From: the human T2T-CHM13v2.0 reference genome, Homo sapiens
Strand: one strand, 5' to 3'
Assembly: GCF_009914755.1 (NCBI RefSeq)
Contig: NC_060946.1
DNA: 64,000 nucleotides
Position numbers and translations under genes: made by a program. The notes under the pieces were generated by a model. It ran no database searches, had not been told where the DNA came from, and worked only from the letters and a program-made list of their open reading frames with translations. Positions 1 to 11,700 of the stretch are shown here, one piece after another (position 1 is the first letter of the stretch; every line of letters starts with the position of its first letter).

Positions 1-836
1 ACCCAGGTGATATACCACTTGCCAAGGCTCTGCCTACAGGGGCATTGCAATGTATCTCTGCACTGATCACCTAGGTCTTGTAGCTATTTTCTAGGATCTG
101 CCTACAGGGTGCTTTGTGACGTGTCCCAGCAAGGATTACCCAGGTGATGTAACTCTCATCAAGGCTCTGCCTACAGGCACATTGTGATGTATCTCTGCAC
201 TGATCACCTAGGTCATGTAAATTTTGTCTAGGCTCTACCTACGATGGCATTGTGACATATCTCTGCACTAATCATCCAAGTGATGTAACTCTTGTCTAGG
301 ATGTGCCTAAATTAACTTTTTGACATAACCCTGTACTGATCATCCAGGTGATGGAGCTTTTGTCTAGGCTCTGCCTAAGGGGGCATTGTGACATATTTCT
401 GCATTGATCACCCAGGTGGCGAACTCTTCTCTCGGATCTGCCTATGGGGGCATTGTGAGAAATCTCTGCACTGATAACCCAGGTGATGTAACTGTTGTGT
501 AAGCTCTGCCTACAGGGGAATTGTGAGAGATCTCGTCACTGATTACACAAGTGATGTAACCGTTGTCTAGGCTTTGCATACAGGGGGCTTTGTGACATAC
601 CTTTGCACTGATCACCCAGGTGATGTAACACATCTAAGTTAGGCCTAAAGGAGCTTTGTGACATATCTCTGTACTGATCACTTAGGTGATGTAACACTTT
701 TATAATCACTTCCTACAGGGAATTTTGACAAATCTCTGCTCTGATCACCTAGGTGATGTAACACTTGTCTCCCCTCTGTCCAACGGGGCATTGTGAAATA
801 TCTCTGCACTGATCACCGAGGTGATTCAACTCTTGA

Positions 837-2742
837 CTAGGAACTGCCTACAGAGGTTATTGTGAAATATCTCTGCACTGATAAACTAGGTGGTGTAAAC
901 CTTGTCCAAGCGCTGCCTACAGGGGTGTGTCCACATATCCCTGAACTGATGACAAAGGTGATGTAACTCTGGCCTAGGCTTTGCCTACAGGGTACATTGG
1001 ACATATATCTGCACTGATCACCCAGGTGATGCAACTCTTGCCTAGGCTTTGCCTACAGGGGACATTGTGACATATCTCTTCAATGATCACTCATGTGATG
1101 CATCTCTTGCCTAGGCTTTGCCTACAGGGGACATTGTGACATATCTCTGCACTGATCTCCCAGGTGCTGTAACTTTAGTCTAGGCTCTGGCTACACGGCA
1201 TTGTGACATATCACTGCACTGATCAACCAGGTGATATAACTCTTGTATAGGCTCTGCCTACAGGGGAATTGTGACCTACCCCTGCACTGATCACCCAGGT
1301 GATATAACTCTTCTCTAGGATCTGCCTACAGGGTACTTTGTGACATATCCCTGCACTGATCACCCAGGTGATCTATCTCTGGTCTAAGCTCTGCCTAAAG
1401 GGGCATTGTGACAGATCTCTGCACTGATCACTCAGGTGATGTACGTATTGTCTACGCTCTGCTTAAAGGGGCCTTGTCACATATCTCTGCACTGATCACC
1501 CAGGTGATGTTACTCTTGTATAGACTCTGCTTCCAGGGCATATTGTGACATATCTATGCACTGATCACCTTAGTGATGTAACACTTTGGTAGGCTCGGCC
1601 TACAGGGGAATCTTGACATATCTCTGCACTGTTAACCGAGGTTTTTTAACTCTTGTCTAGGCTGTGCCCACAGGGGGATTGAGACATATCTCTGCACTGA
1701 TCCCGAGGTGATACAACTCTTGCCTGCTCTCTGCCTACTGTGGACATTGTGACATATCTCTGCACTGATCTCCCAGGTGCTGTAACTTTAGTCTAGGCTC
1801 TGGCTACACGGCATTGTGACATATCACTGCACTGATCACCCAGGCGATATAACTGTTCTCTAGGATCTGACCACAGGGTGCTTTGTGACATATCCGTGCA
1901 ATGATCACCCAGGTGATATACCACTTGCCAAGGCTCTGCCTACAGGGGCATTGCAATGTATCTCTGCACTGATCACCTAGGTCTTGTAGCTATTTTCTAG
2001 GATCTGCCTACAGGGTGCTTTGTGACGTGTCCCAGCAAGGATTACCCAGGTGATGTACCTCTCATCAAGGCTCTGCCTACAGGCACATTGTGATGTATCT
2101 CTGCACTGATCACCTAGGTCATGTAACTTTTTTCTAGGCTCTACCTACGATGGCATTGTGACATATCTCTGCACTAATCATCCAAGTGATGTAACTCTTG
2201 TCTAGGATGTGCCTAAATTAACTTTTTGACATAACCCTGTACTGATCATCCAGGTGATGGAGCTTTTGTCTAGGCTCTGCCTAAGGGGGCATTGTGACAT
2301 ATTTCTGCATTGATCACCCAGGTGACGAAGTCTTCTCTCGGATCTGCCTATGGGGGCATTGTGAGAAATCTCTGCACGGATCACCCAGGTGATGTAACAC
2401 TTGTGTAACCTCTGCCTACAGGGGAATTGTGAGAGATCTCGTCACTCATTACCCAAGTGATGTAACCATTGTCTAGGCTTTGCGTACAGGGGGCTTTGTG
2501 ACATAACTTTGCACTGATCACCCAGGTGATGTAACACATCAAAGTTCGGCCTAAAGGAGCTTTGTGACATATCTCTGCACTGATCACTTAGTTGATGTAA
2601 CACTTTTATAATCACTGCCTACAGGGAATTTTGACAAATCTCTGCACTGATCACCTAGGTGATGTAACTCTTGTCTACCCTCTGTCCAACTGGGCATTGT
2701 GAAATATCTCTGCACTGATCACCCAGGTGATTCAACTCTTGA
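837..2742 (+). repeat. Representative canonical higher-order repeat unit: 28 monomers, 1,906 bp
   Basis: The landmark 'ctaggaactgcctacagaggttattgtgaaa' (with minor variants) occurs at 837, 2743, 4649, 6555, 8461, 10367, 12271, 14177, 16082, 17987, 19893, 21798 ... 62224, mostly 1,904-1,906 bp apart; 1906/68 = 28. Monomers within a unit are clearly diverged, whereas equivalent monomers in neighbouring units differ at only a few positions. Confidence 0.95.
1129..1838 (+). repeat. Intra-HOR 97-bp direct repeat (1129-1225 and 1742-1838), 613 bp (9 monomers) apart, present in each canonical HOR
   Basis: ggacattgtgacatatctctgcactgatctcccaggtgctgtaactttagtctaggctctggctacacggcattgtgacatatcactgcactgatca reads identically at both positions. 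The flanks differ: upstream cctacagg vs cctactgt, downstream accaggtgat vs cccaggcgat. Confidence 0.93.
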
Positions 2743-5700
2743 CTAGGAAATGCCTACAGAGGTTATTGTGAAACATCTCTGCACTGATAAACTAGGTGGT
2801 GTAAACCTTGTCCAAGCTCTGCCTACTGGGGCGTTTCCACATATCCCTGAACTGATGACCGAGGTGATGTAACACTTGCCTAGGCTTTGCCTACAGGGAA
2901 CATTGGACATATATCTGCACTGATCACCCAGGTGATGCAACTCTTGCCTTGGCTTTGCCTACAGGGGACATTGTGACATATCTCTTCAATGATCAATCAT
3001 GTGATGCATCTCTTGCCTAGGCTTTGCCTACAGGGGACATTGTGACATATCTCTGCACTGATCTCCCAGGTGCTTTAACTTTAGTCTAGGCTCTGGCTAC
3101 ACGGCATTGTGACATATCACTGCACTGATCAACCAGGTGATATAACTCTTGTATAGGCTCTGCCTACAGGGGGATTGTGACCTACCTCTGCACTGATCAC
3201 CCAGGTGATATAACTCTTCTCTAGGATCTTCCTACAGTGTACTTTGTGACATATCCCTGCACTGATCACCCAGGTGATCTATCTCTGGTCTAAGCTCTGC
3301 CTAAAGGGGCATTGTGACAGATCTCTGCACTGATCACTCAGGTGATGTAAGTATTGTCTAGGCTCTGCTTCAAGGGGCCTTGTCACATATCTCTGCACTG
3401 ATCACCCAGGTGATGTAACTCTTGTCTAGGCTCTGCTTCCAGGGCATATTGTGACATATCTATGCACTGATCACCTTAGTGATGTAACACTTTGGTAGGC
3501 TCGGCTTACACGGGAATCTTGACATATATCTGCACTGTTAACCGAGGTGATTTAACTCTTGTCTAGGCTGTGCCCACAGGGGGATTGAGACATATCTCTG
3601 CACTGATCCCGAGGTGATACAACTCTTGCCTGGTCTCTGCCTACTGTGGACATTGTGACATATCTCTGCACTGATCTCTCAGGTGCTGTAACTTTAGTCT
3701 AGGCTCTGGCTACACGGCATTGTGACATATCACTGCACTGATCACCCAGGCGATATAACTCTTCTCTAGGATCTGACCACAGGGTGCTTTGTGACATATC
3801 CCTGCAATGATCACCCAGGTGATATACCACTTGCCAAGGCTCTGCCTACAGGGGCATTGCAATGTATCTCTGCACTGATCACCTAGGTCTTGTAGCTATT
3901 TTCTAGGATCTGCCTACAGGGTGCTTTGTGACGTGTCCCAGCAAGGATTACCCAGGTGATGTACTTCTCATCAAGGCTCTGCCTACAGGCACACTGTGAT
4001 GTATCTCTGCACTGATCACCTAGGTCATGTAACTATGTTCTAGGCTCTACCTACGATGGCATTGTGACATATCTCTGCACTAATCATCCAAGTGATGTAA
4101 CTCTTCTCTAGGATGTGCCTAAATTAACTTTTTGACATAACCCTGTACTGATCATCCAGGTGATGGAGCTTTTGTCTAGGCTCTGCCTAAGGGGGCATTG
4201 TGACATATTTCTGCATTGATCACCCAGGTGACGAAGTCTTTTCTCGGATCTGCCTATGGGGGCATTGTGAGAAATCTCTGCACGGATCACCCAGGTGATG
4301 TAACACTTGTGTAACCTCTGCCTACAGGGGAATTGTGAGAGATCTCGTCACTCATTACCCAGGTGATGTAACCATTGTCTAGGCTTTGCGTACAGGAGGC
4401 TTTGTGACATACCTTTGCACTGATCACCCAGGTGATGTAACACATCTAAGTTCGGCCTAAAGGAGCTTTGTGACATATCTCTGCACTGATCACTTAGGTG
4501 ATGTAACACTTTTATAATCACTGCCTACAGGGAATTTTGACAAATCTCTGCACTGATCACCTAGGTGATGTAACTCTTGTCTACCCTCTGTCCAACGGGG
4601 TATTGTGAAATATCTCTGCACTGATCACCCAGGTGATTCAACTCTTGACTAGGAACTGCCTACAGAGGTTATTGTGAAATATCTCTGCACTGATAAACTA
4701 GGTGGTGTAAACCTTGTCCAAGCTCTGCCTACTGGGGCGTTTCCACATATCCCTGAACTGATGACCGAGGTGATGTAACTCTTGCCTAGGCTTTGCCTAG
4801 AGGGAACATTGGACATATATCTGCACTGATCACCCAGGTGATGCAACTCTTGCCTAGGCTTTGCCTACAGGGGACATTGTGACATATCTCTTCAATGATC
4901 AATCATGTGATGCATCTCTTGCCTAGGCTTTGCCTACAGGGGACATTGTGACATATCTCTGCACTGATCTCCCAGGTGCTTTAACTTTAGTCTAGGCTCT
5001 GGCTACACGGCATTGTGACATATCACTGCACTGATCAACCAGGTGATATAACTCTTGTATAGGCTCTGCCTACAGGGGGATTGTGACCTACCTCTGCACT
5101 GATCACCCAGGTGATATAACTCTTCTCTAGGATCTTCCTACAGTGTACTTTGTGACATATCCCAGCACTGATCACCCAGGTGATCTATCTCTGGTCTAAG
5201 CTCTGCCTAAAGGGGCATTGTGACAGATCTCTGCACTGATCACTCAGGTGATGTAAGTATTGTCTAGGCTCTGCTTCAAGGGGCCTTGTCACATATCTCT
5301 GCACTGATCACCCAGGTGATGTAACTCTTGTCTAGGCTCTGCTTCCAGGGCATATTGTGACATATCTATGCACTGATCACCTTAGTGATGTAACACTTTG
5401 GTAGGCTCGGCCTACACGGGAATCTTGACATATATCTGCACTGTTAACCGAGGTGATTTAACTCTTGTCTAGGCTGTGCCCACAGGGGGATTGAGACATA
5501 TCTCTGCACTGATCCCGAGGTGATACAACTCTTGCCTGGTCTCTGCCTACTGTGGACATTGTGACATATCTCTGCACTGATCTCTCAGGTGCTGTAACTT
5601 TAGTCTAGGCTCTGGCTACACGGCATTGTGACATATCACTGCACTGATCACCCAGGCGATATAACTCTTCTCTAGGATCTGACCACAGGGTGCTTTGTGA

Positions 5701-8700
5701 CATATCCCTGCAATGATCACCCAGGTGATATACCACTTGCCAAGGCTCTGCCTACAGGGGCATTGCAATGTATCTCTGCACTGATCACCTAGGTCTTGTA
5801 GCTATTTTCTAGGATCTGCCTACAGGGTGCTTTGTGACGTGTCCCAGCAAGGATTACCCAGGTGATGTACCTCTCATCAAGGCTCTGCCTACAGGCACAT
5901 TGTGATGTATCTCTGCACTGATCACCTAGGTCATGTAACTTTTTTCTAGGCTCTACCTACGATGGCATTGTGACATATCTCTGCACTAATCATCCAAGTG
6001 ATGTAACTCTTGTCTAGGATGTGCCTAAATTAACTTTTTGACATAACCCTGTACTGATCATCCAGGTGATGGAGCTTTTGTCTAGGCTCTGCCTAAGGGG
6101 GCATTGTCACATATTTCTGCATTGATCACCCAGGTGGCGAACTCCTCTCTCGGATCTGCCTATGGGGGCATTGTCAGAAATCTCTGCACTGATCACCCAG
6201 GTGATGTAACTGTTGTGTAACCTCTGCCTACAGGGGAATTGTGAGAGATCTCGTCAATGATTACCCAAGGGATGTAACCGTTGTCTAGGCTTTGCATACA
6301 GGGGGCTTTGTGACATACCTTTGCACTGATCACCCAGGTGATGTAACACATCTAAGTTCGGCCTAAAGGAGCTTTGTGACATATCTCTGCACTGATCACT
6401 TAGGTGATGTAACACTTTTATAATCACTGCCTACAGGGAATTTTGACAAATCTCTGCACTGATCACCTAGGTGATGTAACTCTTGTCTACCCTCTGTCCA
6501 ACGGGGCATTGTGAAATATCTCTGCACTGATCACCCAGGTGATTCAACTCTTGACTAGGAACTGCCTCCAGAGGTTATTGTGAAATATCTCTGCACTGAT
6601 AAACTAGGTGGTGTAACCCTTGTCCAAGCTCTGCCTACTGGGGCGTTTCCACATATCCCTGAGCTGATGACCGAGGTGATGTAACTCTTGCCTAGGCTTT
6701 GCCTACAGGGAACATTGGACATATATCTGCACTGATCACCCAGGTGATGCAACTCTTGCCTAGGCTTTGCCTACAGGGGACATTGTGACATATCTCTTCA
6801 ATGATCAATCATGTGATGCATCTCTTGCCTAGGCTTTGCCTACAGGGGACATTGTGACATATCTCTGCACTGATCTCCCAGGTGCTTTAACTTTAGTCTA
6901 GGCTCTGGCTACACGGCATTGTGACATATCACTGCACTGATCAACCAGGTGATATAACTCTTGTATAGGCTCTGCCTACAGGGGGATTGTGACCTACCTC
7001 TGCACTGATCACCCAGGTGATATAACTCTTCTCTAGGATCTTCCTACAGTGTAATTTGTGACATATCCCTGCACTGATCACCCAGGTGATCTATCTCTGG
7101 TCTAAGCTCTGCCTAAAGGGGCATTGTGACAGATCTCTGCACTGATCACTCAGGTGATGTAAGTATTGTCTAGGCTCTGCTTCAAGGGGCCTTGTCACAT
7201 ATCTCTGCACTGATCACCCAGGTGATGTAACTCTTGTCTAGGCTCTGCTTCCAGGGCATATTTTGACATATCTATGCACTGATCACCTTAGTGATGTAAC
7301 ACTTTGGTAGGCTCGGCCTACAGGGGAATCTTGACATATATCTGCACTGTTAACCGAGGTGATTTAACTCTTGTCTAGGCTGTGCCCACAGGGGGATTGA
7401 GACATATCTCTGCACTGATCCCGAGGTGATACAACTCTTGCCTGGTCTCTGCCTACTGTGGACATTGTGACATATCTCTGCACTGATCTCCCAGGTGCTG
7501 TAACTTTAGTCTAGGCTCTGGCTACACGGCATTGTGACATATCACTGCACTGATCATCCAGGCGATATAACTCTTCTCTAGGATCTGACCACAGGGTGCT
7601 TTGTGACATATCCCTGCAATGATAACCCAGGTGATATACCACTTGCCAAGGCTCTGCCTACAGGGGCATTGCAATGTATCTCTGCACTGATCACCTAGGT
7701 CTTGTAGCTATTTTCTAGGATCTGCCTACAGGGTGCTTTGTGACGTGTCCCAGCATGGATTACCCAGGTGATGTACCTCTCATCAAGGCTCTGCCTACAG
7801 GCACATTGTGATGTATCTCTGCACTGATCACCTAGGTCATGTAACTTTTTTCTAGGCTCTACCTACGATGGCATTGTGACATATCTCTGCACTAATCATC
7901 CAAGTAATGTAACTCTTGTCTAGGATGTGCCTAAATTAACTTTTTGACATAACCCTGTACTGATCATCCAGGTGATGGAGCTTTTGTCTAGGCTCTGCCT
8001 AAGGGGGCATTGTGACATATTTCTGCATTGATCACCCAGGTGGCGAACTCTTCTCTCGGATCTGCCTATGGGGGCATTGTCAGAAATCTCTGCACTGATC
8101 ACCCAGGTGATGTAACTGTTGTGTAACCTCTGCCTACAGGGGAATTGTGAGAGATCTCGTCAATGATTACCCAAGGGATGTAACCGTTGTCTAGGCTTTG
8201 CATACAGGGGGCTTTGTGACATACCTTTGCACTGATCACCCAGGTGATGTAACACATCTAAGTTCGGCCTAAAGGAGCTTTGTGACATATCTCTGCACTG
8301 ATCACTTAGGTGATGTAACACTTTTATAATCACTGCCTACAGGGAATTTTGACAAATCTCTGCACTGATCACCTAGGTGATGTAACTCTTGTCTACCCTC
8401 TGTCCAACGGGGCATTGTGAAATATCTCTGCACTGATCACCCAGGTGATTCAACTCTTGACTAGGAACTGCCTACAGAGGTTATTGTGAAATATCTCTGC
8501 ACTGATAAACTAGGTGGTGTAACCCTTGTCCAAGCTCTGCCTACAGGGGCGTTTCCACATATCCCTGAACTGATGACAGAGGTGATGTAACTCTTGCCTA
8601 GGCTTTGCCTACAGGGAACATTGGACATATATCTGCACTGATCACCCAGGTGATGCAACTCTTGCCTTGGCTTTGCCTACAGGGGACATCGTGACATATC

Positions 8701-11700
8701 TCTTCAATGATCACTCATGTGATGCATCTCTTGCCTAGGCTTTGCCTACAGGGGACATTGTGACATATCTCTGCACTGATCTCCCAGGTGCTGTAACTTT
8801 AGTCTAGGCTCTGGCTACACGGCATTGTTACATATCACTGCACTGATCAACCAGGTGATATAACTCTTGTATAGGCTCTGCCTACCGGGGGATTGTGACC
8901 TACCTCTGCACTGATCACCCAGGTGATATAACTCTTCTCTAGGATCTGCCTACATGGTACTTTGTGACATATCCCTGCACTGATCACCCAGGTGATCTAA
9001 CTCTGGTCTAAGCTCTGCCTAAAGGGGCATTGTGACAGATCTCTGCACTGATCACTCTGGTGATGTAAGTATTGTCTAGGCTCTGCTTCAAGGGGCCTTG
9101 TCACATATCTCTGCACTGATCACCCAGGTGATGTAACTCTTGTCTAGGCTCTGCTTCCGGGGCATATTGTGACATATCTATGCACTGATCACCTTAGTGA
9201 TGTAACACTTTGGTAGGCTCGGCCTACAGGGGAATCTTGACATATCTCTGCACTGTTAACCGAGGTGATTTAACTCTTGTCTAGGCTGTGCCCACAGGGG
9301 GATTGAGACATATCTCTGCACTGATCCCGAGGTGATACAACTCTTGCCTGGTCTCTGCCTACTGTGGACATTGTGACATATCTCTGCACTGATCTCCCAG
9401 GTGCTGTAACTTTAGTCTAGGCTCTGGCTACACGGCATTGTGACATATCACTGCACTGATCACCCAGGCGATATAACTCTTCTCTAGGATCTGACCACAG
9501 GGTGCTTTGTGACATATCCCTGCAATGATCACCCAGGTGATATACCACTTGCCAAGGCTCTGCCTACAGGGGCATTGCAATGTATCTCTGCACTGATCAC
9601 CTAGGTCTTGTAGCTATTTTCTAGGAACTGCCTGCAGGGTGCTTTGTGACGTGTCCCAGCAAGGATTACCCAGGTGATGTACCTCTCATCAAGGCTCTGT
9701 CTACAGACACATTGTGATGTATCTCTGCACTGATCACCTAGGTCATGTAAATTTTGTCTAGGCTCTACCTACGATGGCATTGTGACATATCTCTGCACTA
9801 ATCATCCAAGTGATGTAACTCTTGTCTAGGATGTGCCTAAATTAACTTTTTGACATAACCCTGTACTGATCATCCAGGTGATGGAGCTTTTGTCTAGGCT
9901 CTGCCTAAGGGGGCATTGTGACATATTTCTGCATTGATCACCCAGGTGGCGAACTCTTCTCTCGGATCTGCCTATGGGGGCATTGTGAGAAATCTCTGCA
10001 CTGATCACCCAGGTGATGTAACTGTTGTGTAACCTCTGCCTACAGGGGAATTGTGAGAGATCTCGTCACTGATTACCCAAGTGATGTAACCGTTGTCTAG
10101 GCTTTGCGTACAAGGGGCTTTGTGACATACCTTTGCACTGATCACCCAGGTGATGTAACACGTCTAAGTTCGGCCTAAAGGAGCTTTGTGACATATCTCT
10201 GCACTGATCACTTAGGTGATGTAACACTTTTATAATCACTGCCTACAGGGAATTTTGACAAATCTCTGCACTGATAACCTAGGTGATGTAACTCTTGTCT
10301 ACCCTGTGTCCAACGGGGCATTGTGAAATATCTCTGCACTGATCACCCAGGTGATTCAACTCTTGACTAGGAACTGCCTACAGAGGTTATTGTGAAATAT
10401 CTCTGCACTGATAAACTGGGTGGTGTAACCCTTGTCCAAGCTCTGCCTACAGGGGCGTTTCCACATATCACTGAACTGATGACAGAGGTGATGTAACTCT
10501 TGCCTAGGCTTTGCCTACAGGGAACATTGGACATATATCTGCACTGATCTCCCAGGTGATGCAACTCTTGCCTAGGCTTTGCCTACAGGGGACATTGTGA
10601 CATATTTCTTCAATGATCACTCATGTGATGCATCTCTTGCCTAGGCTTTGCCTACAGGGGACATTGAGACATATCTCTGCACTGATCTCCCAGGTGCTGT
10701 AACTTTAGTCTAGGCTCTGGCTACACGGCATTGTGACATATCACTGCACTGATCAACCAGGTGATATAACTCTTGTATAGGCTCTGCCTACAGGGGGATT
10801 GTGACCTACCTCTGCACTGATCACCCAGGTGATATAACTCTTCTCTAGGATCTGCCTACAGGGTACTTTGTGACATATCCCTGCACTGATCACCCAGGTG
10901 ATCTATCTCTAGTCTAAGCTCTGCCTAAAGGGGAATTGTGACAGATCTCTGCACTGATCACTCAGGTGATGTAAGCATTGTCTAGGCTCTGCTTCAAGGG
11001 GCCTTGTCACATATCTCTGCACTGATCACCCAGGTGATGTAACTCTTGTCTAGGCTCTGCTTCCAGAGCATATTGTGACATATCTATGCACTGATCACCT
11101 TAGTGATGTAACACTTTGGTAGGCTCGGCCTACAGGGGAATCTTGACATATCTCTGCACTGTTAACCGAGGTGATTTAACTCTTGTCTAGGCTGTGCCCA
11201 CAGGGGAATTGAGACATATCTCTGCACTGATCCCGAGGTGATACAACTCTTGCCTGGTCTCTTCCTAATGTGGACATTGTGACATATCTCTGCACTGATC
11301 TCCCAGGTGCTGTAACTTTAGTCTAGGCTCTGGCTACACGGCATTGTGACATATCACTGCACTGTTCAACCAGGCGATATAACTCTTCTCTAGGATCTGA
11401 CCACAGGGTGCTTTGTGACATATCCCTGCAATGATCACCCAGGTGATATACCACTTGCCAAGGCTCTGCCTACAGGGGCATTGCAATGTATCTCTGCATT
11501 GATCACCTAGGTCTTGTAGCTATTTTCTAGGATCTGCCTACAGGGTGCTTTGTGACGTGTCCCAGCAAGGATTACCCAGGTGATGTACCTCTCATCAAGG
11601 CTCTGCCTACAGGCACATTGTGATGTATCTCTGCACTGATCACCTAGGTCATGTAACTTTTTTCTAGGCTCTACCTACGATGGCATTGTGACATATCTCT

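Noticed and set aside
695-710. TATA-like 'ttttataatc' once per HOR
   Set aside because: It is a degenerate monomer position with no other promoter evidence, so it cannot be called regulatory from sequence alone.
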